In this document: positions 41,044-51,800 of the stretch, one piece after another
How positions within the stretch are numbered: the stretch's first letter is position 1
How the letters are laid out: the number at the start of each line of letters is the position of its first letter
Origin: an uncultured Mycoplasmatota bacterium
GTDB lineage: Bacteria > Bacillota_I > Bacilli_A > RF39 > UBA660
Direction: 5' to 3'
DNA: 64,000 nucleotides
Assembly: GCA_948329525.1 (NCBI GenBank)
Contig: CAOJBM010000001.1
Coordinates: forward strand, 407 to 64,406
Translations under genes and position numbers: made by a program
The notes under the pieces: model-generated
Told to the model about the DNA's origin: nothing
The model's database searches: none
Seen by the model: only the letters and a program-made list of their open reading frames with translations

Positions 41044-43367
41044 TATTCTTCTCTACTTGCAGATGGAAAATCTTCTGATTCACCCATATAATAAAGTTGA
41101 AGTGGTGTTGCAAAAACATTGATTCTAAGTCTATTTTTATTAGTTATATTAACTAAAAATTGTCCTTGCCCACATCTACTTAAAAATGATTTTTGAGTTT
41201 CTGTTAAAGGTGTATTTGCATATATCTTCTCAATAGCTTGTATATCATTATCTTTTAACATACCAGTAATCTGATACTGACAATTTCCAAATAAACTTGA
41301 AGCATGTCTTAAAACACCTGCTGAACTTGTTAAGTCAGATGGTTGTTGTGTTGCCACTACTATACCTGCATTATATTTTCTCAATCTACGACTCATTTGC
41401 CCAAAATATTTTAATAATGTTGGATTATCTTCATCTATGAAATAATGAAATTCATCTACAACAATAAGCATATTTTGTTTTTTATTTTTCTTATCATTTT
41501 TCTTTTTATTATCTACAATCTCATTACTTAGATAAGTAAGTAAATTAATCATTTGAGTATTAATTAATCTTCTACTTGAATTAAATAGTAATTCTTGCAA
41601 ATTAAAAACGACTAGATTATTACTTAAATCTATAGTCGTTATACCATTATAAAGATTTCCATCTTGCCCTGTAACCATTCTTTTAAGAAGAACTTCTATA
41701 TTAACTAAAATTCTTTCTAATTCCTTTGTTTTAGTATTTCTTTGTTGTTCTAAAAGAAAGGCATATAAATCAGAAAAGATCGGATAATCTTTTGCGTTCA
41801 TATTTTCAAATTCTTCTAATGTAGTTTTTTTAGTGATTCCTCTACTATTATAAAATTTTTCTACTATATCAAGTAAAACTACTAATTCTTTTTCTGATAT
41901 ATCTTCAAAAGCTGTTATAAAGAAATTTTCTAGGAAACCTAAATGTTTTCCTAAAATAGATGTTTCTCCATCATCATCAGTTGAAACATATCTAATTTGA
42001 AGTGGATTAATTAAACTCTTACTAGAGAGATCTATGTATTCTCCACCACATCTATTAGTTAATTTTTCTAGTTCATTTTCAATATCGAATAAAAATAACT
42101 TAGTACCCCTAGCAAATTCATTAGTAATTAAAAGTTTAAGTAAAAAACTTTTACCTGAACCAGTTGTACCTATAACACTCATATTATGACCTGTTCTATT
42201 TTTGGTTAAAGCAAACTGATCGAAGAAAGTTGGTAAACCATAATTAGAATCTTCTCCAATAAGCCATCCAGCAGAATCATTATGATAATTTTCAGTAAAG
42301 AAAAATGCTGATGCTAAAGTAGATGTTGGTAAGTACATTGCATAATCTGGCAAACCTTTATCAGTTAATTCAAATCCTTGCCATGCAGCCATTTGTCTTA
42401 AATTAGGTATATCAACTTTTATCTGATACAATTCTGCATTTGTTTTTATCTCTTTTAATATCTCCTCCCTTTGCTTCTTTGTTCCAGAAATAGCAAGAAT
42501 AATAGATACTTCTTTTACCTTTTCATCATTTGCAGATATTTGTTCTATTAATAATTTATAGTTATTCATAAGTGATTGCATTTCTGTTACATCACTTAAA
42601 TTTTTAGATGAGTTAAAGTCTGCCAAAACAGCTTTAAAACTTGCATTCAAAACATTTAAAAGTTTTGATTGTTCTATTGTATCTTTTATTGTTACACTAG
42701 CTTTTACATTAGGTAAAATAATAATCCTATCTAAAAAGCCATGTTCAATAAATAATGGATAGTTTTTAATACTAACCATTTGAATTTCTTCATTATCTAC
42801 CTTTAGGTATGAAGGCATTTCTGATATTCTAAGTGGTGATAATAAATCTACAAAATCATAATACATTATTTGATCTAAATTTACATTTGCATAATATAAA
42901 TTTGCAAATACTTTTATTAACCATTTTTTATTATCTACTAACTCAATATCAAGTTTTGGAGTAATCGCATCACAAGTTCTTTCAAAATCTTCTTTTGCCT
43001 TATCAAGTGCTTCTTTATTTTTAACAATGATGGCAAAATAATAAGAACTAGCAGAAGTCATATTTTCTTCTTCAATCATACTAATAAAATTATGATTGTT
43101 AATTAGCAAGTTTTTTCTAACTTCATTATTAGAATTTTCTTCAATCAATTTTTCATAATTTTCTTTATTAATATTAAGATTTATCTTTTCATCAAATTTA
43201 TATGCTTTTATTACAAAAGGCAATCTATATAATTTTGATAATGTATGAAAAAATATCTTCTGTTCACTATCATTTGTGAGTGATAAATCAATTGGACTTA
43301 CCTTATAAAGTAAAGCTACTTGATCTGATTTTAATCTAATTACTCCATTATCACTAATTTCTTTCAC
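41043..43367 (-). CDS. VirB4-family type IV secretion ATPase
   Basis: Walker A GTTGSGKSF, Walker B IVVDEFHYF, 774 aa. Confidence 0.8.
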   Translation of the reverse strand: MKEISDNGVIRLKSDQVALLYKVSPIDLSLTNDSEQKIFFHTLSKLYRLPFVIKAYKFDEKINLNINKENYEKLIEENSNNEVRKNLLINNHNFISMIEEENMTSASSYYFAIIVKNKEALDKAKEDFERTCDAITPKLDIELVDNKKWLIKVFANLYYANVNLDQIMYYDFVDLLSPLRISEMPSYLKVDNEEIQMVSIKNYPLFIEHGFLDRIIILPNVKASVTIKDTIEQSKLLNVLNASFKAVLADFNSSKNLSDVTEMQSLMNNYKLLIEQISANDEKVKEVSIILAISGTKKQREEILKEIKTNAELYQIKVDIPNLRQMAAWQGFELTDKGLPDYAMYLPTSTLASAFFFTENYHNDSAGWLIGEDSNYGLPTFFDQFALTKNRTGHNMSVIGTTGSGKSFLLKLLITNEFARGTKLFLFDIENELEKLTNRCGGEYIDLSSKSLINPLQIRYVSTDDDGETSILGKHLGFLENFFITAFEDISEKELVVLLDIVEKFYNSRGITKKTTLEEFENMNAKDYPIFSDLYAFLLEQQRNTKTKELERILVNIEVLLKRMVTGQDGNLYNGITTIDLSNNLVVFNLQELLFNSSRRLINTQMINLLTYLSNEIVDNKKKNDKKNKKQNMLIVVDEFHYFIDEDNPTLLKYFGQMSRRLRKYNAGIVVATQQPSDLTSSAGVLRHASSLFGNCQYQITGMLKDNDIQAIEKIYANTPLTETQKSFLSRCGQGQFLVNITNKNRLRINVFATPLQLYYMGESEDFPSASREE

Positions 43368-43554
43368 ATTTATAAATGCCTGTGCATTTTGTGTTTTCTT
43401 TTTTAATATATTTTTACTAAGATAAATATCTTTTTTCTTTAGCTTAGCTTTATTTACATTTTTTTCTTCCTTTTTCTTTTTCTTTATCTCACGTGCTTGA
43501 ATTCTATCCTCTTTATTCTTTATAATCGTAATATTTTAACCCCCTTTATTACCA

Positions 43555-43818
43555 TTACTTATAAAAGTAATAATGTTTATCATTAAAAAGATATTTAACA
43601 AATAAAAGAAATAATTTATACATTCTATTACATTTGCTAAAATCCATTGGTACTAGTGATAAGACACCTAAGGAAATAACCACAATAGCAATTGTATAAA
43701 TTTTGAGCAAAAATAAAACAACAAAAACAAGAATAAAAATTCCACCTATTATTAAATCTTCAAATTCTAAATTAAATAATCCTAGATTTCTTTTAATACT
43801 TTTTAATGTTATATACAT
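43555..43818 (-). CDS. Small membrane protein (two TM helices)
   Basis: 87 aa, hydrophobic. Confidence 0.35.
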   Translation of the reverse strand: MYITLKSIKRNLGLFNLEFEDLIIGGIFILVFVVLFLLKIYTIAIVVISLGVLSLVPMDFSKCNRMYKLFLLFVKYLFNDKHYYFYK

Positions 43819-43835
43819 AAATCCTCATCCTTTCC

Positions 43836-45500
43836 TTAAATTCTATCTGATTCACTTCCATAGTCTCTTATCTTAGGTCTGGAATGATAACGAGAACTAC
43901 TTGGATTTCCAATATTTTTAATACTATTAAATGCTCCACCAAAGCCATTTCTAATATTATTGATTCCTTCTTGTGCAAGTGAAACTCCACCTCTTACATA
44001 ATCAACATTATATTTATCGTTTGAAAAATCCCATTTATTTGCAGCATCTTGAACTTTGCTTTCTCCACGAGATTCAAGCATTCTTCCATAAGCACGTGCA
44101 ATTGGATTTCCACTTTGTTGTAGATCTGCACCTTTCATCATTTGACCTAAACCTTTGCCAACTTTTTCATTCATTCGTTTTGATATACCAGCATTCATAT
44201 TTGGATGAATACTTGCTATACCATGATACATTCCCCTTGCTGTTTGCCCAGCTCCTTTAGCAAGCTGTCCAATTCCTTTTCCTGCTTTTGCCATACCTTT
44301 TGCAGTAGAAACTCCAGCTCCAATTGCCCCAATTCCAAGACCAGTAGCTGTTGCAATTCCACCACCTAAGCCACGCATAGCCATCATCATATCACGACCA
44401 CTATTTGCAGAAACATTTTCACCAATAAATCTATTAAGTGAAGTACAGCCAGTCATAAGCATCATTGCACAACCTAAATATAAAACAGATTGTGCTACAA
44501 CTTTCGTAAAGTAATTTAATCCATTAATATCTGCACTATTTTGAATTGCATTAAACATAATAGAAGTTAATCCAATTAAAAGCATCATTGCCCCAGCTTG
44601 TAATACGAGCGAAGCCAGTTGCTGATATAATGCTGATCTTTGTTCTTTTCTTCCAACAGATGTTGCAATTACTAGTGGAGATATAACCATTAAAAATGCG
44701 AGTTCTAATTGCCTTCTACCAAGCATCAGCACTGCAAATCCAACTGAAAATAAAAAGACAGCTCCAATTACAATTCCAAATAAAAAGTTATAATTGAAAG
44801 CATAATCTTCACTATCATTCCAAATTCCCGGTTTATATATTCCACATCTATAAGAAAATGCACCACTATCCGAGACATCACTTGCTGTAATAGTCTCATT
44901 TCTAATTAAAGTTTCAAAATCTTTCATTGTTTTTGCAGATGATGTATCTGCATATCCTTGCAATTTATCCTGCAAGCCCTTAACATTTTTACTATCTACT
45001 GAATCTCCTCCGCTTACTTTATAGCAAGATTCATTAAGCGAAAGATAAGCTGTTTTCATCTTATCTCCTATCGTAGAATTTTTTGTATTAAAATTATTGT
45101 AAATAGCATTTGATAAATTTACTCCTATATTTATAGTAGTATTAAATATCAGAAATACTGAAAATATTAAAAATCCACATTTAATAATTTCCTTTACTAA
45201 TTCAAATAATGGTTGATCATTGCTATCAGCATCTAATATTCTAAAGGTTAATTTCCAGACAGAAAATAAAAATAGAACTGCAAATGCCAATATAAAAAAT
45301 GCGTTAAATATCTTGGTGAAAGGGGAATTATCAATATTTTTAAGCATTTGTATAAAATTAAGACTATTTATACTATGTGCTACATCATATAAAACATCTA
45401 TTGTTTTAAATATAATATTAACAATTCCTATTCCAAGACCTCTTAATATATCTAGTACACTATATTTAATATCACTTGCTATACTTAAAGTATAAATCAT
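43836..45500 (-). CDS. VirB6-like (TcpH/Orf15-like) polytopic membrane protein with a Gly-rich C-terminal repeat region
   Basis: About 6 TM helices and GLGGGIATATGLGIGAIGAGVSTAKGMAKAGKGIGQLAKGAG repeats; follows VirB4. Confidence 0.55.
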   Translation of the reverse strand: MIYTLSIASDIKYSVLDILRGLGIGIVNIIFKTIDVLYDVAHSINSLNFIQMLKNIDNSPFTKIFNAFFILAFAVLFLFSVWKLTFRILDADSNDQPLFELVKEIIKCGFLIFSVFLIFNTTINIGVNLSNAIYNNFNTKNSTIGDKMKTAYLSLNESCYKVSGGDSVDSKNVKGLQDKLQGYADTSSAKTMKDFETLIRNETITASDVSDSGAFSYRCGIYKPGIWNDSEDYAFNYNFLFGIVIGAVFLFSVGFAVLMLGRRQLELAFLMVISPLVIATSVGRKEQRSALYQQLASLVLQAGAMMLLIGLTSIMFNAIQNSADINGLNYFTKVVAQSVLYLGCAMMLMTGCTSLNRFIGENVSANSGRDMMMAMRGLGGGIATATGLGIGAIGAGVSTAKGMAKAGKGIGQLAKGAGQTARGMYHGIASIHPNMNAGISKRMNEKVGKGLGQMMKGADLQQSGNPIARAYGRMLESRGESKVQDAANKWDFSNDKYNVDYVRGGVSLAQEGINNIRNGFGGAFNSIKNIGNPSSSRYHSRPKIRDYGSESDRI

Positions 45501-45509
45501 ATTATCCCC

Positions 45510-45869
45510 TTATTTTAAAGTATCAATTACAAAATTAATGATACTAGGAACTAATATTAGTAAGGCAACTCCACCTAAAGTATAAAGGATTGTTTTCTTT
45601 CTTCTTTGTTTTGTTTCATCATCACCTATAATAAATTGAATAACGAAAATTACCAAAGCAATAAATGATATAACAATACCAAATACTTGAATTTTTGTTG
45701 CTAAGTTTTTAATAATTGTGCCTAATGAATCAATGGTAATATTACCACCTTCAATTTTTTCTACTGCATATACAGAAGGCACATTGCTTACTATTCCCAA
45801 TATAAAAGTAAACATTGCTATCATAGTAAAATTAATTTTATCCTTTAGTTTTTTTAACTTGTTTTTCAA
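45510..45869 (-). CDS. Small two-TM conjugation membrane protein (VirB3/TcpD-like)
   Basis: 119 aa, two hydrophobic helices. Confidence 0.4.
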   Translation of the reverse strand: MKNKLKKLKDKINFTMIAMFTFILGIVSNVPSVYAVEKIEGGNITIDSLGTIIKNLATKIQVFGIVISFIALVIFVIQFIIGDDETKQRRKKTILYTLGGVALLILVPSIINFVIDTLK

Positions 45870-45898
45870 AAAAATCCCCCTTTTCTTCTTGAAAATTA

Positions 45899-46492
45899 TT
45901 ACAATTCTTTATTAGAATTTTTTTCTTTTAATTTCTCACAATAATCTAATATCATCTTTAAATTATTTTTAAGTAATTCAGATTCCTCTTCATCATACTT
46001 AACTTTTAAATCTTCTATCAGACCTTTATTTTCTTTATCAAATGTATAAACTCCATCATATAAAGTACAAGCTGTATTATTATCTACAATTAGATAACAA
46101 ATACCATCTTCTAAACCTTTTTTATTTTTTCTATCTTCTTGATCTTGTTCTTGAACAAGTTTATCAAGACTTTCAAGAGAATATCTTCCCGAAGGTATAT
46201 TTACATCACTTGTTCTTAAAACAATCGCTACTATATCCAAATCCACATCTAATACCTCCCTATCAAATTTAAATTCTATTCTTTTAGCATCTTCTTCATT
46301 TAATTTCAAATAATCATATTTTGAAATATTAGAATTGGTAGATGTAAAAACAGATATTTTATCAATATCTGTTTTCATATATACATCTAAACTTCCATCT
46401 TTGTTATTACCATAAAATTTAAAATCTAAATTATACATATTATATAGTTCTAACAATTCAGCCAAACTATAAGTTTTATTTACATCTATCAT
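45899..46492 (-). CDS. Hypothetical acidic protein
   Basis: 197 aa. Confidence 0.35.
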   Translation of the reverse strand: MIDVNKTYSLAELLELYNMYNLDFKFYGNNKDGSLDVYMKTDIDKISVFTSTNSNISKYDYLKLNEEDAKRIEFKFDREVLDVDLDIVAIVLRTSDVNIPSGRYSLESLDKLVQEQDQEDRKNKKGLEDGICYLIVDNNTACTLYDGVYTFDKENKGLIEDLKVKYDEEESELLKNNLKMILDYCEKLKEKNSNKEL

Positions 46493-46493
46493 A

Positions 46494-46868
46494 TTATTTA
46501 GCCATTTCTACATCTTGTGATACTTCTACTTCTGAATCCATATTTTTAGCATTGGCAATATGTTTATATTCTTCAACAACTGGATTAAATGTATGAATTT
46601 TTTTACCTTCAATTTCAATTTCCTTATCACTGAAAAATCCTTCCAAGCATACAATTGCACCTTTTTTACTAAAATCACAAATTCTTTCTGCATCTTTATT
46701 CCATAGAGAATAATTAAGGAAGTCTGTTATCTTCTTTCCTTCCTTATCTTTATAATTTCTATCTGCTGCAATGGTAATATTAGCAACTTTATTTCCATTT
46801 TCTAATTCTTTTAGTTCTGGATCTCTGACTAATCTTCCCATAATACAAAACTTATTAATACTATTCAT
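46494..46868 (-). CDS. SSB-like OB-fold single-stranded DNA-binding protein (ICE-encoded, no acidic tail)
   Basis: CIMGRLVRDPELKELENGNKVANITIAADRNYKDKEGKKITDFLNYSLWNKDAE OB-fold pattern. Confidence 0.6.
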   Translation of the reverse strand: MNSINKFCIMGRLVRDPELKELENGNKVANITIAADRNYKDKEGKKITDFLNYSLWNKDAERICDFSKKGAIVCLEGFFSDKEIEIEGKKIHTFNPVVEEYKHIANAKNMDSEVEVSQDVEMAK

Positions 46869-46947
46869 TACTCATTCCCCCTTATCTTTTTTATAGTAAT
46901 AACGAATCTATATAAAAACCAAAACCCCTTTTATTCTTTATATATTT

Positions 46948-49731
46948 TTATTTCTTATTTTTCTTTTTACTTGAAATAATTATTAATCCACTACCTAGAA
47001 GAACAATAACTCCAGCAATTACATTAACATAACTATTTGCTCCAGTATTTGGAACTTCAATTTCTTTTAATTTATTAACTAAAGTATGTTGAATTAATTC
47101 TCCATCTTCTGTTATATCAAAATAAACTTTTTCATCTGAAAGTTCATAATCTTCTAATGTAGAAATTTCTTGTAAATAGTAAGATCCATATTCAATTTCA
47201 ACCTCAATGTCTCCATTTTCATCAGTAACACCAGAATATACTAAATTTCCTTCTAAGTCATAGATTCCAATTGTAACTCCAGCTAATGGATTATTAGCTT
47301 CATCAACTTTATGAATTTTTACAGTAGATGTAATTTTTTCATTTGTCATGTTAGCTTTAATAATTTCTCCATTTTCTTTAATTTCAAAGAAAACCTCTTC
47401 ATCACTTAGTTTATAACCAGTTGCTGCTTCTGTTTCAATAATTACAAATTTTCCAACAAATAAATCAGGAATTTTAATTTTACCTTCGCTATTAGTTATC
47501 CCTGTAAAGATTAATTCTCTTTCATTAGTATCTTCATTTATATAAAAAATTTCAACTTTAGTATCAGGTATCTCTTTACCACTTGTAAGATCAGTTTTAC
47601 TAAAATTTAATTCTCCTTTTGGAAGATAATTATCAATTTTTTTATTTTCAATAATAACTTCTGTATATTGATTTTTATAAACTAATTCTATTTCATAGAT
47701 AGTTTCATCAACTAAATTCCCATTACTAGAAGAAATTTCTTGAATTGTATATTTTCCAAGTGGAAGCCCTTCAATACTAGCAAAACCATTTTCATCAGTT
47801 TTTATTGTTCCAACTAAATCACCTTTACTATAGTATTTATAACCATTAATGATAATATTTTCGTTTGCCCTAATTTCAAATGTAGCACCTTCTAAATCAA
47901 TTTTTATATATTTATAAGTGCCATCTTCTATTTTTATTTCTTCACCTTTTTTATTAATAATAATTTGCCCTTTAGCTTGATGATTTTTAAATTTAACTTC
48001 AAGAACTGGTCCTAATTTCTCATCATTAACAATAGGTGTATTATCTCCAATAGTAAATTTTAAACCTTCTTTATTCCATAAATAGCCATCAACAACTTGA
48101 TCTAGTTCTTCTAATACATAATTTCCTGACAATAATTCAAATGGTGTATATAAAATCCCATTTTCATCAGTTTCAAAAACACTAATAGTTTCTACTGTAG
48201 GATATGTAATTGTTTGTTCTACATATTCACCTGTATCTATATTTTTAATTTTAAATTTAATTCCTTTTACTGGAATAGTTAAACCTGTTTCTGCATCTAC
48301 TTTTACTACTTTTAATTTTGCAGTAATTTCATCATTTGCAATTAACTTATATAATGGTTGATCTGTATTTTCATTAATTGTAATTTCAAAATCTTCTACT
48401 TTTTCAAAATTTGTAGTAGAAGTCATCTGTTTTACAATGTATGTGCCATAAGGTAATTTTACACTCGCATAGCCTCTTGAGTCTGTAGTTATGCTTGTAT
48501 ATTTTTCATTTTTTGATTTTAAAATAATATCAAAAGTAACATTTGGTTCTCCAGTAATAAATCCTGTTTTATCTTGAGCATATACTTTAAAGAAAGTAAC
48601 ATCTCTTTCAATCACTTTTTCTTGTACTGGTATAAGTGGTTCTAAATTTTCTTTTGTAATATCAAAATAATATTTATTTGTATCCAGCTCATATCCTTTA
48701 CTTGGTGTTTTTTCTTGAAGAAAAAATCTACCTAAGCTTGGTAAATATCCACTTTTTGCATATCCATTTTCATCTGTTACGATTTCTGTTACATAAGAAC
48801 CATCTTCTCTATATACACCATAAACTGCACCTTTTAAGGTTGCATCTCCTTGTGGTTTAGATAATCCTGTATCACGATCCACTTTGTTAATAGCAATTTT
48901 CCCACCAACTATTTTAATATTAATATTCGTGTCTATTGGATCATAACTACCAGCTTGTACAACATCTTGTGTACCTGGTTTTACATAAACAATTGTTGGA
49001 TGTGAATATTTAACATCTCTTTTTGTTAAAGAGATTGTAGTATTACCTACTGCGTTTGCAGTTAAATATAAATCATTACCACTTTTGTTTGCACTAATGA
49101 ATGAATTACTAGACACCGCATATTTAGATAAAACTCCACTATTATCTGTAAGTTTTAAGGTATTGCCAATAACCATTTCATAATTTGTTGCTCCAAAGTT
49201 TGGAGTCGCATAATGTTTATTTAACAAATCTTCCATTTCAGCCATTTCACTTGTATATTTTGTAATTCTATTTCCATTCAAACTATCAGCAAAGTAAATA
49301 TCATACCCATGTGGTACAGTTTGCCAAATCATGAATTGAGTAACACTATACCATTTTAAATCATTATGATTTACTTCACTATCACTATAACCATATCCAT
49401 AATAAGCAAGAAGTTGAATTCTTCTCCATTGTGATTGTGTCATATTTGCAACATAAGATTGATCATAATCTTGCCCATCATAGGTTTGTGAACTATCTAA
49501 TGGTGTTCCCGGCTCTATACAATAAACAAATTGATTATCACTTTTTCTTGCAATAACAGCAAGTTGCTGATATTTAGTATTTCCTCCCTTTTCTTTATTG
49601 ACAAAAGTGTTAGGAATCCATTGATACTTATCATTAAATTGAGCAGTATATGTTTGAGCTTGTACATTAGTTTTAGGACATACTGCTAACATAATTAATA
49701 AAAATAATAAATATTTTAATTTCCCTTTCAT
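46948..49731 (-). CDS. Cell-wall-anchored surface adhesin with repeated CnaB-type (isopeptide/prealbumin-like) domains and a VPNTG sorting signal
   Basis: Signal peptide MKGKLKYLLFLLIMLAVCPKTNVQA. Several CnaB-like repeats (GAVYGVYREDGSY..TDENGYA, GIYDLEGNLVYSGVTDENGD). C-terminal VPNTG, then a hydrophobic helix and KKKNKK. Confidence 0.75.
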   Translation of the reverse strand: MKGKLKYLLFLLIMLAVCPKTNVQAQTYTAQFNDKYQWIPNTFVNKEKGGNTKYQQLAVIARKSDNQFVYCIEPGTPLDSSQTYDGQDYDQSYVANMTQSQWRRIQLLAYYGYGYSDSEVNHNDLKWYSVTQFMIWQTVPHGYDIYFADSLNGNRITKYTSEMAEMEDLLNKHYATPNFGATNYEMVIGNTLKLTDNSGVLSKYAVSSNSFISANKSGNDLYLTANAVGNTTISLTKRDVKYSHPTIVYVKPGTQDVVQAGSYDPIDTNINIKIVGGKIAINKVDRDTGLSKPQGDATLKGAVYGVYREDGSYVTEIVTDENGYAKSGYLPSLGRFFLQEKTPSKGYELDTNKYYFDITKENLEPLIPVQEKVIERDVTFFKVYAQDKTGFITGEPNVTFDIILKSKNEKYTSITTDSRGYASVKLPYGTYIVKQMTSTTNFEKVEDFEITINENTDQPLYKLIANDEITAKLKVVKVDAETGLTIPVKGIKFKIKNIDTGEYVEQTITYPTVETISVFETDENGILYTPFELLSGNYVLEELDQVVDGYLWNKEGLKFTIGDNTPIVNDEKLGPVLEVKFKNHQAKGQIIINKKGEEIKIEDGTYKYIKIDLEGATFEIRANENIIINGYKYYSKGDLVGTIKTDENGFASIEGLPLGKYTIQEISSSNGNLVDETIYEIELVYKNQYTEVIIENKKIDNYLPKGELNFSKTDLTSGKEIPDTKVEIFYINEDTNERELIFTGITNSEGKIKIPDLFVGKFVIIETEAATGYKLSDEEVFFEIKENGEIIKANMTNEKITSTVKIHKVDEANNPLAGVTIGIYDLEGNLVYSGVTDENGDIEVEIEYGSYYLQEISTLEDYELSDEKVYFDITEDGELIQHTLVNKLKEIEVPNTGANSYVNVIAGVIVLLGSGLIIISSKKKNKK

Positions 49732-49763
49732 ATTTTCCTCCTTTTTTTTACATAAAAAAACAC

Positions 49764-50408
49764 CTATTCATTAGGCATTTCTTCTAATTTTGGTGTTGGC
49801 ACTGGAATCGTGTGGTAATCTAATTCTACGCTACTATTTGCTTCAGTTAAACTTAACATATAGTAAGTATCACCACAATCATCCTGATAATTATCACAAA
49901 TATATCTATATCCACCTTTTCTATACTTTTCTCCCATTTCTTTACATGCTGCAAAAGATGAAAAATCTGCTCTTACATAACTAAATGTAAATTTTTTAGG
50001 AGTGCAAGTTTTTTGTGGTTCAACTGGTTGTGGAGTAGCACTTTCTTGTTTAGGAACTACATCCTTTTTTTCAGTATTATTACTTTGTGAATTATTGCTT
50101 TTCGTTGTTGCTTTATTTTGATTGTTGATATTTTCGTTTTTAGTTACAGATTCATTACTTGTTTTTTCATTTTCCTTATTTTCATTAACTTTTTTTTCTT
50201 CTGTAACCTTTTTTTCTTGATCTTCTTTTGAAATATTTTGATCTATTTCATTAGTTTCTAATTTTTCATTAGATACCTTCTGATCAATCTTTAAACTTTC
50301 TTTATTTTTGTATTCTCTTGCATTAAAGATAAATATACTAATACTAGCAATTAAAACTAATACTATTAAAGTTGAAATTACAAGAGGCATTTTCTTTATT
50401 TTCTTCAT
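49764..50408 (-). CDS. Membrane-anchored extracellular protein (Lys/Glu-rich linker, Cys-rich C-terminal domain)
   Basis: N-terminal TM helix, low-complexity KE-rich region, 6 Cys in the last 60 aa. Confidence 0.4.
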   Translation of the reverse strand: MKKIKKMPLVISTLIVLVLIASISIFIFNAREYKNKESLKIDQKVSNEKLETNEIDQNISKEDQEKKVTEEKKVNENKENEKTSNESVTKNENINNQNKATTKSNNSQSNNTEKKDVVPKQESATPQPVEPQKTCTPKKFTFSYVRADFSSFAACKEMGEKYRKGGYRYICDNYQDDCGDTYYMLSLTEANSSVELDYHTIPVPTPKLEEMPNE

Positions 50409-50469
50409 AGAAAACTCCTCCTCATTTATTACTATTATTATACTGTAGTTTTCTTAAAATGTCAGCCCT

Positions 50470-50724
50470 TTAATTGAAATTAATTATAGGAACATCTTCT
50501 AAAGGTGTAGCATAAATGCCAAGCGTTTCATGAAATTCATTAATTCTATTATGTAATAGATTAATATAAGTTGTTAATTCTTGGTATCTTTGAACTGCAA
50601 TATCAAGACTAGCTAGTAATCGCATATATTCTGATTTAGATATATCCAATTCTTTACTACGTTTTACAACCTCATCATTTAACTCACGAGACATATAAGT
50701 TCTGACTTCGACCATAATTTTCAC
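50470..50724 (-). CDS. Small ribbon-helix-helix-like regulator
   Basis: MSRELNDEVVKRSKELDISKSEYMRLLAS pattern. Confidence 0.35.
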   Translation of the reverse strand: MKIMVEVRTYMSRELNDEVVKRSKELDISKSEYMRLLASLDIAVQRYQELTTYINLLHNRINEFHETLGIYATPLEDVPIINFN

Positions 50725-50919
50725 CCCCCTTATAATAAAAAACAGCTTTTTTTATGGAGAGCTGTAACTCCAATAAATTATTTTTCTTCTAGTTCATATT
50801 GTTCTTCGATTCTTGAACATCTACTTGATACTTTGCAAGCAGACCACAAAAAAAGTAATAGAATCATAACTATTACTAAAATCAATAAAAGCATAAAATT
50901 CCTCCCATAAAAAAAATAA

Positions 50920-51447
50920 CTAAATGTTATTTTCGTTTTCTAGTGGTTCAAGTTCTGACCATATTTTAATTAAACAACTTTTCTTAATATGATGAACTGT
51001 TTTAGTGCATACTCCTAGAATATCTGCTATAGCTGATTCTGATTTGTTCTTTATTAAGGAATTTACTAAATATGTAGCCTCTTCCTCTGTAAGTTTTTTA
51101 GCAGCAAATATAACAGTATCATAAAATCTAGTAGCCCAAATTATACTATCAACTTCTCTAGTTACGATACTTTCAACTTGACTTGCATTACTTCTTTGTC
51201 TTGAACCTTCACTTAATTGATATGTAGGAGTAATCTTTATTGATGATTCAACTGAAAAGTTATAAAAATATTTTACATTTTTAAATCTAACAAACATATT
51301 ATTAATCTTACCTGTCAGTTCTCTAGTATCATATTTATTACAAATACTAATAGAAAGCATTTCAGACATTTCTTTATATTTTTTTGAAGTATCTAAAATC
51401 TCATTTGGTAAATTAAAAATCATATCTAATGTTAAAGTTGAATCCAT
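50920..51447 (-). CDS. Sigma-70 region-4-type HTH regulator (sigma-factor-like)
   Basis: C-terminal ESAIADILGVCTKTVHHIKKSCLIKIW HTH typical of sigma region 4/LuxR. Confidence 0.45.
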   Translation of the reverse strand: MDSTLTLDMIFNLPNEILDTSKKYKEMSEMLSISICNKYDTRELTGKINNMFVRFKNVKYFYNFSVESSIKITPTYQLSEGSRQRSNASQVESIVTREVDSIIWATRFYDTVIFAAKKLTEEEATYLVNSLIKNKSESAIADILGVCTKTVHHIKKSCLIKIWSELEPLENENNI

Positions 51448-51720
51448 AAGACAACCTCCTCTCCCAAAAAAAGACTCAAAAAGCCACAGAAAGCCCTTTA
51501 AGTCTATTTCATAACCTCTTCATAAATAACAGTATTTTTACAATCTAAATATAGGTAACTCATAACTATCAACACCCCTGCCAAAATTTGCCATTTATTT
51601 TAATTGAAAAGTTTATAAATGTCAAGAACAACATCACTAGAACATATAAAAAATGGATCATCTCTTTGTCAGAATTAATCCATTTTACTCCATTATACTC
51701 ATATATTTGGACTTGTCTAG

Positions 51721-51800
51721 ATACTTTGCACTGTAAATTGCTCTGTAATTGACTAGGTAAATCACTCTGTAATTCATACTGTAAATTACTCTGTAATTAT
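51721..51800. repeat. Cluster of short direct repeats (CTCTGTAATT x3, CTGTAAATT x2)
   Basis: tttgcaCTGTAAATTgCTCTGTAATTgactaggtaaatcaCTCTGTAATTcataCTGTAAATTaCTCTGTAATT; overlaps the 3' end of the 610-aa gene. Confidence 0.5.

Larger units (their letters stand above)
23868..51500. mobile_element. Integrative conjugative element (serine-recombinase type). Left end is at the fic junction; right end is uncertain, at 51.5 kb or beyond
   Basis: One unidirectional block encodes a large serine recombinase, FtsK-like coupling ATPase, MobV relaxase, RHH proteins, primase, VirB4, VirB6-like, M23 hydrolase, SSB, sortase and an LPXTG-like adhesin. Confidence 0.6.
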
